Positions 11,261-21,318 of a stretch of DNA of 64,000 nucleotides are shown in pieces. Positions within the stretch are counted from its first letter, which is position 1. Each line of letters starts with the position of its first letter. Under the pieces are notes generated by a model that was not told the origin of the DNA, made no database searches, and was given only the letters and a program-made list of their open reading frames with translations. The position numbers were made by a program, and so were the translations under genes. The DNA is taken from the NCBI GenBank assembly GCA_963740315.1, contig CAVUDP010000002.1:2624001-2688000 (forward strand). Direction: 5' to 3'. Source of the DNA: an uncultured cyanobacterium. GTDB taxonomy: Bacteria; Cyanobacteriota; Cyanobacteriia; Cyanobacteriales; Nostocaceae.

Positions 11261-11782
11261 ATTGAATTATCGCGTTTACGGTGTAAATATTCATAGCTTT
11301 CAAGTTATTTTACATTCACGATTATATGCAGATAATTAAAAATCAGCGAATATACACAGCATGGTAAATGCAAAAATATAATTATTTCATTGAATTATTG
11401 ATTGTGGAACCTATGGGTTAACTATATGAAGTATTATTAAGCTACAATGCTTGTATATCAGGAGTTTCTGCCGATGACGATATTACAAAATTGTTTAAAA
11501 TTTTGATGAAGTTTATTCTAATTACTCGCAATTTAGCCCAGCAAACAGTTGCGACTAATACCGTTTTTTGGTATTATCTACAAACTTAATTATAAAGTTT
11601 TCATATACCATCATAAAAAGCAGTTGCTTAAAGTGCGATCGCAGTATAAAGTTGCTTTTTTTATTAGGATTTTTTTGCGTAGTTTTCCAAATAAATAAAA
11701 GTTTTTTACATCAAATATGAATAATTTTATTTGCGAAAGATTTGCATTTATTTGAGGATTATAATCATTTAGATTATTGAGA

Positions 11783-14700
11783 TTACATATTCAATTGCTG
11801 TTGTACTAAGCTGGGATAAACTCTACTTTTTCTCATTAAAGCTTCATGAGTGCCTTGGTCAGTTAAAACACCTCGGTCAAAAACTAGAATGGCATCAGCA
11901 TTTTGAATGCTATTAAGACTCGGAGTAACGATAAAAATAGTACGAGTAGATGCAGTATTAACAGAAGCACAATTAAAGCGAGCTAAATTTTGCTGAAACC
12001 GATCGTCGCTAGCTTCATCCAAAATTAAAATACGGGGATTTTTAACCAAAGCCCGAGCAATAGCTATTTTTCGCTGCTGTACTTTCGTAAGCTTTATTCC
12101 TCCTTCTCCTATGATGGTGCTGTAGCCAAAAGGTAATGCCTGGATGAAAGCGTGCGCTCCCGCCAATTTAGCGGCAGTTTCAACCCCACAGAGGTTAAAT
12201 TCTCGATCGTACAAAGTGATATTTTCTAAAATAGTTCCCGAAAACAGGAAAAATTCTTGCGGTACTACACCTAATTGATTGCGTAAAGAATAAGGAGACA
12301 CTTGAGTGGTATCATATCCATCAATCAGAATACGTCCGCTATTCGGATGGTACAAACCAGCAAGTAGCTTAACTAAAGTGCTTTTACCAGAACCGCTTTT
12401 TCCTACAATAGCGATCGTTTGTCCTGGTTTGACGTGAAAGGAAATATTTTGCAGAATATTCTCAGAAGGCGAATCATCATAGCTAAAACTCACATTCTCA
12501 AAATTTATCTCACCGCGAATGGATGGTAGTTCAGTTAAGGGTTTTTGCGATTCTACAGATGGAGTAGCTAAAGCATCGTCGATTTTTTCAACAGAAATCA
12601 GAACCTCAAGAAATTCATCCCACAGCTTTACCAATGCCAACATTGGGTTTATAGTATTGCCGACAAGCATATTAAAAGCGACAAACTCACCTATAGAGAT
12701 TTGAGAATTTATCGCCATCTGGGTGCCGTACCACAACACCACGGTATTACCCAGGTGATGAATCGAATTACTTGCCAACTGCAAACTATTAGTTAACTTT
12801 TGACCTTTTTGGCGCGTCTCGATCGCCTGCTCAAAAAGTTCTTCCCAACGCGACTGCAACGAACTTTGGGCAGCATTCGTTTTGATTGTGGCAACGCCAG
12901 TTATCATTTCAACCATTGCTTTGTTTTGAGCAGCAGAGTCAAAAGAATATTTTCGGCTCAATGTTTTCAAGCCCAGACTTGCACCCGCACTCAAACCCAT
13001 CATTAGTAAAATGAAACCCAGCACCACCAAAGTGAGTTGCCAACTGTAATAAGCCATCAACCCAAAGTAAATAACCGTCATCAACCCATCCAAAATGGTA
13101 CTTATAGCTTGACGAGTAAAAAAGCGGTGAATTTTAGGGTTTTCTTGAATTTGGCAGAGAATGTCTCCCACTCTGCGAGATGCAAAAAAAGATAATGGTA
13201 ATTTCAGGGTATGACTGATGAAATCGCCGATTAAAGTGACATCCAGGCGGTTGGATAAATAGTCTAGAAGATGCTGACGCACTGCCGTTAAAGCAATACG
13301 CCCAAACCCGAATACCAGAAAACCAACAGCGAAAATATTTATAGAATCAAAATTTTTGACAGTTATAACCGCATCTATTACAGTTTGGGCAAGTACGGCT
13401 GGAACTATTCCCAAAAGCGATAATAATAAAGAAATAACCGCAATTTTGCCTAATAACAGCCGATAACTAGCAAAGAAATCATAAAACCGACTAAAAGAAA
13501 CAGTTTTGCTCTCCTTCCTATAGAAAAGCTCTGTTGGAGATAAAAGTAAAGCATATCCTGTAAAATTCGCTGCAAATTCCGAACGAGAAAGCGATCGCTT
13601 ACCTATAGCTGGATCTGAAATAAATACACGTTTATCGTTGAATCGCCACACGACTATATAGTGATTACCCTGATAATGAGCTATCCAAGGTAACGATTGA
13701 GACTCTAATTCACATAATGCTCCTCGTACTGCTAAAGCTTGGAATCCTAAGCTTCGAGCAGCATCGGCTAAATCGTTAAACTCCGCACCTATAGAGTCAA
13801 TGTGTGCGATAGAACGCAGAGTATTCAAACTAAAACGCTTACCCCAGTATCGACTAATCATCGCTAAACTTGCCGCACCGCAATCTGATGAATTTTGCTG
13901 TTGAATAAAAGGGTAAATCCGAAACCACCGTCGAGGTAGATGTTGATTCTCAAATTGTGCATACTCGGTGCGATTATCTTCCTCTAATACTTCCTGCTGT
14001 TCCGACTCAATATAATCTTGCTCCTCTTCATTCACATCTTGCGCCCTTACTTCTTTCCCACTTCTCAACTCCGGTACAATCTCGGCAACTAAATCAAAAT
14101 GTTCTTTCGGTAGATAAAATAACGACAAATCTGTTAGAGATATCAAATCTGGTTGAATCGGATTCGGATATCCCCAACTTTCTCCCACTTTCGGTGGGTG
14201 ATTTTTCAAACTGCTAATTTCGCCACTGACAAGCCAAAAACGCCCCTCCGATAAAGACGCTATCAAAGGTGAACCTGCTTTCACTTGCGTGCCCAGAAAA
14301 TAAGCAAGAATATTTTTGAGAGTGGAAGTATTTTGCGATCGCAATTCTGTACTTGTCTTGAAGAAAATCAACTTTTGACGCGATTTACTAATTTCTGAGA
14401 AATAATCGGACAAAGCAGGATAACGCTGCAACCAAAGATGAAGATGCTGTAAAGAAATTTGTGCTAATATTCCACTACTAGATGCAACCGCTCGATATTC
14501 TTGATATCCCTCGCAGAATGCATCATCCCCTGCAAAAATTTGATTGGGATGAAGCAATTGAATCGACACTTCCTTTTTCAAGAATGCATCAAACGCTAGC
14601 AAGCGGACTTTACCTTGGCAAATCAAGTAAACAACACCACCGCTAACTGCTGAATGCTCGGTGCAATTGTACTGAGTAAGTTCATCGCCTAATTCAAACT

Positions 14701-14857
14701 CACTCACCATCCAAGCTTGGTTAAACTCAGATGGAAAGTTAGTATCCCCAACAACCTGCTTCCAAAGCTGGTAAATAGCTGAACGAGCAGTCAGGGACGG
14801 TATATTACTTGTATCATCGTCCGCTTCCTGAACTCCCAAAATTGGGTACGAGTCCAT
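11783..14857 (-). CDS. hetC: HetC-like C39 peptidase-containing ABC exporter
   Basis: cNMP-like N-terminus, QQNSSDCG and HYQGNHY (C39), TM domain, GKSGSGKS; position upstream of hetP supports orthology. Confidence 0.75.
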   Translation of the reverse strand: MDSYPILGVQEADDDTSNIPSLTARSAIYQLWKQVVGDTNFPSEFNQAWMVSEFELGDELTQYNCTEHSAVSGGVVYLICQGKVRLLAFDAFLKKEVSIQLLHPNQIFAGDDAFCEGYQEYRAVASSSGILAQISLQHLHLWLQRYPALSDYFSEISKSRQKLIFFKTSTELRSQNTSTLKNILAYFLGTQVKAGSPLIASLSEGRFWLVSGEISSLKNHPPKVGESWGYPNPIQPDLISLTDLSLFYLPKEHFDLVAEIVPELRSGKEVRAQDVNEEEQDYIESEQQEVLEEDNRTEYAQFENQHLPRRWFRIYPFIQQQNSSDCGAASLAMISRYWGKRFSLNTLRSIAHIDSIGAEFNDLADAARSLGFQALAVRGALCELESQSLPWIAHYQGNHYIVVWRFNDKRVFISDPAIGKRSLSRSEFAANFTGYALLLSPTELFYRKESKTVSFSRFYDFFASYRLLLGKIAVISLLLSLLGIVPAVLAQTVIDAVITVKNFDSINIFAVGFLVFGFGRIALTAVRQHLLDYLSNRLDVTLIGDFISHTLKLPLSFFASRRVGDILCQIQENPKIHRFFTRQAISTILDGLMTVIYFGLMAYYSWQLTLVVLGFILLMMGLSAGASLGLKTLSRKYSFDSAAQNKAMVEMITGVATIKTNAAQSSLQSRWEELFEQAIETRQKGQKLTNSLQLASNSIHHLGNTVVLWYGTQMAINSQISIGEFVAFNMLVGNTINPMLALVKLWDEFLEVLISVEKIDDALATPSVESQKPLTELPSIRGEINFENVSFSYDDSPSENILQNISFHVKPGQTIAIVGKSGSGKSTLVKLLAGLYHPNSGRILIDGYDTTQVSPYSLRNQLGVVPQEFFLFSGTILENITLYDREFNLCGVETAAKLAGAHAFIQALPFGYSTIIGEGGIKLTKVQQRKIAIARALVKNPRILILDEASDDRFQQNLARFNCASVNTASTRTIFIVTPSLNSIQNADAILVFDRGVLTDQGTHEALMRKSRVYPSLVQQQLNM

Positions 14858-14989
14858 TGTTTAATCTCTGAGTAAGGTAATTTTATTAACTCTAGTTAAA
14901 ACTTGTAGCGGTAGTTTAAAAGAAGCCTTAAACGCTTTCAATTAATGGTTTTATTAAATTAACAACCACTTAATTAGCTCTTTGCACCC

Positions 14990-15247
14990 GTATTAATAAC
15001 TACTAGCTATTCCTTCATTTTTGTTTTATCAACTTTAAGTAGCTTTTCGTACAGCGATTCAAAATAAAACATTTTGTTAGCCAAACCCAATTTTATACTC
15101 TATCATGAGCATCAATTACTATCAAATACATTCTTATTTAATTTGTGCCCCTACCGCCCATAAACATCTTATACTTTATCGAAGTTTTACTTCCACTTTA
15201 ATTGCGTTCATTTTTTTAAATAAAGTAATTATGTATTTTTAGGTACA
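14990..15247. promoter_or_regulatory. three NtcA-like GTA-N8-TAC sites upstream of hetC
   Basis: GTATTAATAACTAC 14990-15003; GTAGCTTTTCGTAC 15039-15052; TGTATTTTTAGGTACA 15232-15247. Confidence 0.5.
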
Positions 15248-15524
15248 AACACTAATTAGTAAATAATTTACAATCAGATACTTTTAGCATCAAAACTCTT
15301 CATCAAAACACCTTAATGATTAGTTTTTTAAAAAAATCTGGATTAAAATCGGATTTTTCGCGATCGAATTTGTTCGTTGCGAACATATAAGCTCAGTTAT
15401 TAGCTGTGATTATCACTAAAGCTAATATCATTTGCTTTTTAAAAATCAAGAATTTATTTTTTTTAGAGTCAGAAAAAGGATAGAGGATAGAGGTGAAAGG
15501 TCAAAGGTTAAACAATTCAATACT

Positions 15525-15705
15525 CCCCATCCCCCCCCCGCTCGCCGCACGCTCCGCGTGTTCAGCGCGGCACGACTCGTTAGAGTAACGGGTTGCGCCA
15601 CTTCTCTCAACGGTCGTGTTCCTCCGCACGTTTTGGGCTTACCATCTCCCCATCCCCCCATCCCCCCATCCCCCCATCCCCCCATCCCCTTGTCCCCTTG
15701 TCCCA
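15525..15705. repeat. GC-rich small dispersed repeat embedded in an STRR (CCCCATC / TGTCCCC) array
   Basis: Reverse complement of the element at 18.2-18.4 kb, with a long identical stretch. Confidence 0.85.
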
Positions 15706-15710
15706 AATAC

Positions 15711-18149
15711 TTAATCGAGCATCAAATAAATTCCCCAAATAGCCATAGCTCGTAGATAAACGCAGGCGCGGAATGTTCCTACGGCGGTAATTGCTTCGGG
15801 GGTACGGAACTGCAACCCATTGTCATAAATTTGATTTACTACAGCTTCTGTTAATTTAAATGCTTCTGACTTCATTCCCATCTGCACTAAAAAAGCGGCA
15901 ATTCCAAAGTTGATCCCCGTCCAAACTTCTAAGGGATGAGTTGCCGTAGGATTTTCGGGGGAACCATCAGCACGTAAACCGTTGGCAGCACCAAGTTTAC
16001 CGTCGTTGAATTTGAGAAAGCAAGCATCGTAAACGGTATTTAAAGCTGAAAGAGTACATTCGCTGGGTACAATATCTGGTAGCTGCAATAAGCGAGCGTA
16101 AAATTGCCCGCATAATTGATCCGCCATCACGACATCGGAACCGCTTTCACTATCAAGACGATAAAATTTACCATTCCAAAGCTTTTCTTGATAAACGGGA
16201 CGAGATTTTTCTAACCAAGCTTCGTAAATGGATTTTTGCGACGCTAAATTATCGATTTGTACTTCCCTACTTAATAAAACTTCACCGATCGCGATCGCTG
16301 CTTCTAATGCTGCCAACCATAACCCACCACAGTAAGCACTTACACCCAGCAACCGCCAATCATCAAAAGTTTGGTCGGGCGCACCGGAATTTTCTGGAAT
16401 ACCATCTCCATCTTTATCAAAAGCTTTGAGATAATCTAAAGTTTCAACAATCGCATTCCAACAATCTGCCAGAAAATCAGTATCAGTGCTACCTGTGAAG
16501 ATAAAATCTCGATATACCTGCAACACAAAATCACAACCCAAATCTTTCCACTGGTTGCAATCTTGATAGCTGGTGTAATTTGTCTTTTCCCAAACGTGTT
16601 CGTTGGGTGCGCCTAAATCGTGAGGCGTTGCACCGGCGGCTTTACGAACAGCTAAAGGACTTTCTGAGTTTATAGTGTAGTAGTAGCCAATGACACGAGT
16701 ATTTTCATCGCGATCGGGAATTGCTCTAGCAAAAGCGCGAATTACAGCTTTCTCTAGTTCGGGAAACAGCATTAGTAAGCCGAAAGAACCATAAAGCCGC
16801 ACATCCAAACTTTCATACCAGCGATAGTCCAAGCATTCAAGTACGGCAAATTGACCTACCGGATCGCGAAGTGATGCCGCACTCCATAAAGTACCGCCAG
16901 CAGTCAGATCGTAAAGTTCGTTAAACAAAGCCATTTTGAACCAGTCGGGCAAATCTTGGCGTTGAATAATTGGTTGTTGCCAAGCTTGAATTTGAGAAAG
17001 CCAATTTTGATATTCGGACAGAGCAGTGGTAGCAATATTCCAAGCATTCTTTCCGTTTACGCCAAAGAAATCAGTATATCTGCGGTTATATGTAATTCCA
17101 GATGCAAATTCTGTTACAGGAAAATCCCATGCTACAATAAAGGGAATTTCTAGGGCTTCTCCGGGTTGAAGAGTGAAACGCACGGCGATCGCAGCGGCTA
17201 TCTGTTCGTTTTGACTTGCCGGATTTTCATTACTAATATTATTCAAAGAACCATTTTGAGCAAAGCTTTGCCAAACATCTTCACCAGTACCGCTTGGATT
17301 CCATCGATTGTGGTAAAATATTTCAAATTTTGGATTTTTCGCAGTCGCAATACACCAAGTGCCTTCTCCCTCATCTGGTTCGGCAATACCAACTTTATCT
17401 AATACACAACCAATGTATTCGGAATTTTCAATTAATCGGTTAAAATTATCTTTACTTTTATTTAAGTTGGGTTGATAATCATAAACCGGACTACCATCAT
17501 CTCGCATTTCCACTTCAGGAGACTTTACGGTATTAGTAAACCACCCCACCATATTCTGCCAAGTCAGCATGATACTTAGAGTAATTGGCACATCTGTGGG
17601 ATTATTGGCATTCCAAACAAACATCGCCACCGGATAGCTAGATTCTCGGTAATTATCAGCCCAAATTGGTGAGAATTGCTCGCAAGTTAACTGCGCTTGA
17701 AATACATTTTCATATACAAACCAACTGCGGGGATATAAAGCATGGTAAGTTCCGGTAGAATCAGCCGCGGATTTAGATTGAGGATAAAAATTCCACGCAG
17801 TCATACCATCACTATTTGCTTCGGTAAATAATGCATAAGCAACATTTTTATTATTGCTACTTTTGCTACTTTCAAAAACGCTAAACTGACAGCCGGGGAT
17901 ATTTCCGAAAGTATGTTCCCCACCATCAATATGCCACAGGTTAAAGTCTCCCCGTGAAGAACGACCGATACAGCCAGCACCAAAGCCACCGAGCGGCATT
18001 CCCTGCCAGGGACCATCATCAATATTACTAGCTTTACGAACGGTATAAGGCTTTTCCCAACCCAAACCGATCGCACGACTCCAAGCGCAAGTAGGAATGG
18101 CTTTATAGGACGAATTTTTCATAATGTAATTTTTGCAGCATTCAGTCAC
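15711..18149 (-). CDS. GH116 family glycoside hydrolase (non-lysosomal glucosylceramidase-like)
   Basis: GMPLGGFGAGCIGR, LECLDYRWYESLDVRLYGS, PHDLG, DQTFDDW, GLQFRTPEA motifs; real start may be ATG at 18122. Confidence 0.92.
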   Translation of the reverse strand: MTECCKNYIMKNSSYKAIPTCAWSRAIGLGWEKPYTVRKASNIDDGPWQGMPLGGFGAGCIGRSSRGDFNLWHIDGGEHTFGNIPGCQFSVFESSKSSNNKNVAYALFTEANSDGMTAWNFYPQSKSAADSTGTYHALYPRSWFVYENVFQAQLTCEQFSPIWADNYRESSYPVAMFVWNANNPTDVPITLSIMLTWQNMVGWFTNTVKSPEVEMRDDGSPVYDYQPNLNKSKDNFNRLIENSEYIGCVLDKVGIAEPDEGEGTWCIATAKNPKFEIFYHNRWNPSGTGEDVWQSFAQNGSLNNISNENPASQNEQIAAAIAVRFTLQPGEALEIPFIVAWDFPVTEFASGITYNRRYTDFFGVNGKNAWNIATTALSEYQNWLSQIQAWQQPIIQRQDLPDWFKMALFNELYDLTAGGTLWSAASLRDPVGQFAVLECLDYRWYESLDVRLYGSFGLLMLFPELEKAVIRAFARAIPDRDENTRVIGYYYTINSESPLAVRKAAGATPHDLGAPNEHVWEKTNYTSYQDCNQWKDLGCDFVLQVYRDFIFTGSTDTDFLADCWNAIVETLDYLKAFDKDGDGIPENSGAPDQTFDDWRLLGVSAYCGGLWLAALEAAIAIGEVLLSREVQIDNLASQKSIYEAWLEKSRPVYQEKLWNGKFYRLDSESGSDVVMADQLCGQFYARLLQLPDIVPSECTLSALNTVYDACFLKFNDGKLGAANGLRADGSPENPTATHPLEVWTGINFGIAAFLVQMGMKSEAFKLTEAVVNQIYDNGLQFRTPEAITAVGTFRACVYLRAMAIWGIYLMLD

Positions 18150-18203
18150 GACAATGAAGTATGCCGTGATGTGTAATTTTTCTCAAGCCCCAGTTCGTAC
18201 TAA

Positions 18204-18487
18204 TGGGGATGGGGAGATGGGGGGATGGGGGGATGGGGGGATGGGGGGATGGGGAGATGGTAAGCCCAAAACGTGCGCGGTGAGAGCAGTCGCGTGCGGG
18301 GGTTCCCCCCGTTGAGCGAACTGCCGAACCCGAAGGGGTTCCCCGCGTTGAGAGAAGTGGCGCAACCCGTTACTCTAACGAGTCGTGCCGCGCTGAACAC
18401 GCGGAGCGTGCGGCGAGCGGGGGTTCGGGGGAGACAAGGGGAATTTGAACTATTAACTCCGGTGGTTCTAACTCCTAACTCCTAACT
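18204..18487. repeat. GC-rich small dispersed repeat with a nested insertion, inside STRR arrays
   Basis: Inverted copy of the 15.5-kb element with an extra ~55-bp related module after AAAACGTGCG. Confidence 0.85.
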
Positions 18488-19132
18488 CGGGCGATCCTAA
18501 TTCTCAATCCAAAATCCAAAATCGGAAAAAGTGCGTTCCAACCTTGAAATGCGTTAAAATTAAATACCATATACCCAAACCGAACCAATCCATGCCATAT
18601 ATCTGGTGATTCGACTCCTTGAATATAGTCCGGATGATAAACGGTATATATTCTTGGTAATGGAATATAAATTAAAAATAGTTTGGTAATTTAAATGTAG
18701 AGGCTTAACATTATATTGTGTCTGTACTAATAGTAGTTAGTAAACTTGAAAATAAGCAAAAATTATACTTAGTCCATACAACGTTTTAAGAAGGGAGGGG
18801 AATAGAAGTGGATATACACGGGCAGCCCCCACCACTGGCGGTCAGTTAAAGTAAGAGCTATTCTAGGGAAGTACTTATAAATTGCGTCCCGCAAGAATTT
18901 ATAAAATCTCTACTTTACCAAAGTCAGTCCACGTCTAGGTAGGACAAAGACTAGGAATTGCCGTCTTCAATTATTTTTTATCCCACCATTTACTGTGGGA
19001 GTATTAAAAAAATACAGGTTAAGCTAGAGGAGAGAGCGATCGCATACTTTGCCTACCCTAGTCTGGGCAAGGTGCAATACTCCCATTCCTCAAATCCCCG
19101 AATTGTCTCTAGGAAAGCATTGTCCTTACTCC

Positions 19133-20434
19133 ATGCTGCGAATTATTAATCAGCAGGCAGACGTTATAGCAGAATTGCAACGTATCTGCGATCGCACTAA
19201 TGACGAACAGGTGCTTCACAAAGAAGCAACGGTGCGAGAAGTACTACAAGCGGTGAAGCGCCAAGGTGATAAAGCAGTATTACATTACACTGCCGAATTT
19301 GACGATCAAATCCTTAAGCCTGAAGATTTACGAGTAACTGAATCGGAATTCGATGCAGCTTACAAAAATATATCGAAGGATTTGTTAGAAGCGATTAAGC
19401 TGGCTTGCTCGAACATAGAAGCATTTCATCGACAGCGAGTTCCTAAAAGCTGGGTAAACTTTGGTGACGATGAAGTGGTGTTGGGCAAAAGATATACTCC
19501 TGTAGATACTGCGGGATTATACGTACCAGGTGGTCGGGCTTCATACCCAAGTACCGTATTGATGAACGCCATTCCAGCCAGAGTGGCAGGAGTCCCGCGT
19601 CGGGTTATGGTGACACCACCAGGAAGTGAAAAAGGAATAAGTCCAGCAGTATTAGTGGCAGCACGAGAAGCCGGAATCGAAGAAATTTATCGTGTAGGAG
19701 GGGCGCAAGCGATCGCCGCTTTAGCCTACGGAACTCAAACCATTCCCAAAGTTAACGTTATTACAGGTCCTGGAAACATTTACGTTACCTTGGCGAAAAA
19801 GTTAGTTTACGGAACCGTTGGTATTGATTCATTAGCAGGTCCTAGCGAAGTGCTAATTATTGCCGATGAAACGGCAAATCCCTTACACCTGGCTGCGGAC
19901 TTATTAGCGCAGGCAGAACACGATCCAATGGCGGCAGCAATATTGCTAACTACCGACGCTGGTTTGGCGAAGGATGTACAAGTCGCATTAGAAAGACAAT
20001 TAGTAAACCACCCCAGGCGGTTAAATACAGAAAAAGCTATAGCTCATTACGGTTTAGTAGTAATAGTAGAGTCTTTGGAAGTTGCCGCCCAATTCTCTAA
20101 CGAGTTTGCCCCAGAACATTTAGAATTGGAGGTATCGGACCCTTGGAAATTATTACCTTTGATACGTCATGCTGGGGCAATATTTTTAGGTCATTCTACA
20201 CCAGAAGCCGTAGGAGACTACTTAGCCGGTCCAAATCATACTTTACCTACTTCAGGTGCAGCTAGATATGCATCAGCATTAGGAGTAGAAACTTTCTTAA
20301 AACACTCTAGTATTATTCAGTACTCACCAACTGCATTAGATAAAGTCGCCGGTGCGATAGATATATTAGCTACCGCAGAAGGCTTAACATCCCATGCTGA
20401 TTCGGTAAGGCGAAGAGTGCAAAAAAAAGAGTAA
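19133..20434 (+). CDS. hisD: histidinol dehydrogenase
   Basis: GLYVPGG, GGAQAIAALAYG, GPGNIYV, AGPSE, QAEHD, GDYLAGPNHTLPT; start reassigned to ATG 19133 (MLRII...). Confidence 0.97.
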   Translation: MLRIINQQADVIAELQRICDRTNDEQVLHKEATVREVLQAVKRQGDKAVLHYTAEFDDQILKPEDLRVTESEFDAAYKNISKDLLEAIKLACSNIEAFHRQRVPKSWVNFGDDEVVLGKRYTPVDTAGLYVPGGRASYPSTVLMNAIPARVAGVPRRVMVTPPGSEKGISPAVLVAAREAGIEEIYRVGGAQAIAALAYGTQTIPKVNVITGPGNIYVTLAKKLVYGTVGIDSLAGPSEVLIIADETANPLHLAADLLAQAEHDPMAAAILLTTDAGLAKDVQVALERQLVNHPRRLNTEKAIAHYGLVVIVESLEVAAQFSNEFAPEHLELEVSDPWKLLPLIRHAGAIFLGHSTPEAVGDYLAGPNHTLPTSGAARYASALGVETFLKHSSIIQYSPTALDKVAGAIDILATAEGLTSHADSVRRRVQKKE

Positions 20435-20699
20435 ATTTTAAAGGGAGTCAAGAGTTAGGAGTTAGAAACTACATACTCCTCATTCCCTCTTGCTCTCTTT
20501 CAAATTTTTAGTTATTTATGCGAATAAATGCTCGCTTATAGTTATTAAAAATAATATTCCTCCCCACTAATAATATTTTGAGACTTACCTATTTAGATAA
20601 GAAGCAAATGGGAAGGAAAAATTAGCTATTAAATTAGCTATTAAATCAAATTAAGTTTTTAAATAATACTGCATCGACTATATTCACTTTTCGCTATTA

Positions 20700-21050
20700 T
20701 TAATCGTTATTATTTATTTCTTCATTGACTTCCCTATCTCGCAAAGCTGTTTCAAAGTCCATCCTTTGCTCTGCATTACGTAAAAAATAACCGCTAATCA
20801 TTGCTGAGGCTAAAAGCTTACCCAAACTTTCGCGGTTAGTAGTAATATCCACATTGAAGTGTTCTGAAGGCAAATTTCCTAAAAGTCCGATAATATTACG
20901 TTCTATCATTCCAAGTACTTCAGGAGAAGATGGTTTGGATAACTGGGTAATTGTCTCAGGACTTAAAGAACTAACATATTGCCACAATGAATTAGAAGTT
21001 TGAGATTCGCCATTAAAAAAACCCGAAACTCGATTGGATGGATTACTCAC
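20700..21050 (-). CDS. DUF760 domain protein
   Basis: LWQYVSSLSPETITQLSKP...LGKLLASAMISGYFLRNAEQR; likely GTG start at 21050 after AGGAGG. Confidence 0.85.
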   Translation of the reverse strand: MSNPSNRVSGFFNGESQTSNSLWQYVSSLSPETITQLSKPSSPEVLGMIERNIIGLLGNLPSEHFNVDITTNRESLGKLLASAMISGYFLRNAEQRMDFETALRDREVNEEINNND

Positions 21051-21318
21051 GTTTTTCCTCCTTATATTTATAACCATCACAGTATAATAAATAACGATTC
21101 ACGGTATATCCTGTGTGGTGCTTTAAACCTACAATACTTAACTTATTATTTTTCTGCGTACATCTAGTGTAACAAATATATGCTTGATTGTAAGTTGGTG
21201 TAACCGTACCACGAGCATGGTATTTTCTCACCTCAATAAAAAATTGGGAGGAACCTAGTACCTCCCTTTTATGAACTCAGGATAAAGAGGACAACTATTC
21301 TGGCTCTAATTAATATTA

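Noticed and set aside
15432..15755. ORFs 15432-15755 and 15446-15706 (likewise 18133-18485, 27909-28100, 60201-60449, 600-797)
   Set aside because: Translations of STRR and dispersed-repeat DNA giving low-complexity P/G-rich peptides; not credible genes
18629..18634. TCCGGA (DIF1-like) hexamer between GH116 and hisD
   Set aside because: Single hexamer without a convincing partner -10 element; expected by chance
18808..18849. Tiny ORF MDIHGQPPPLAVS upstream of hisD as a His attenuator leader
   Set aside because: Only one His codon and no clear attenuator architecture
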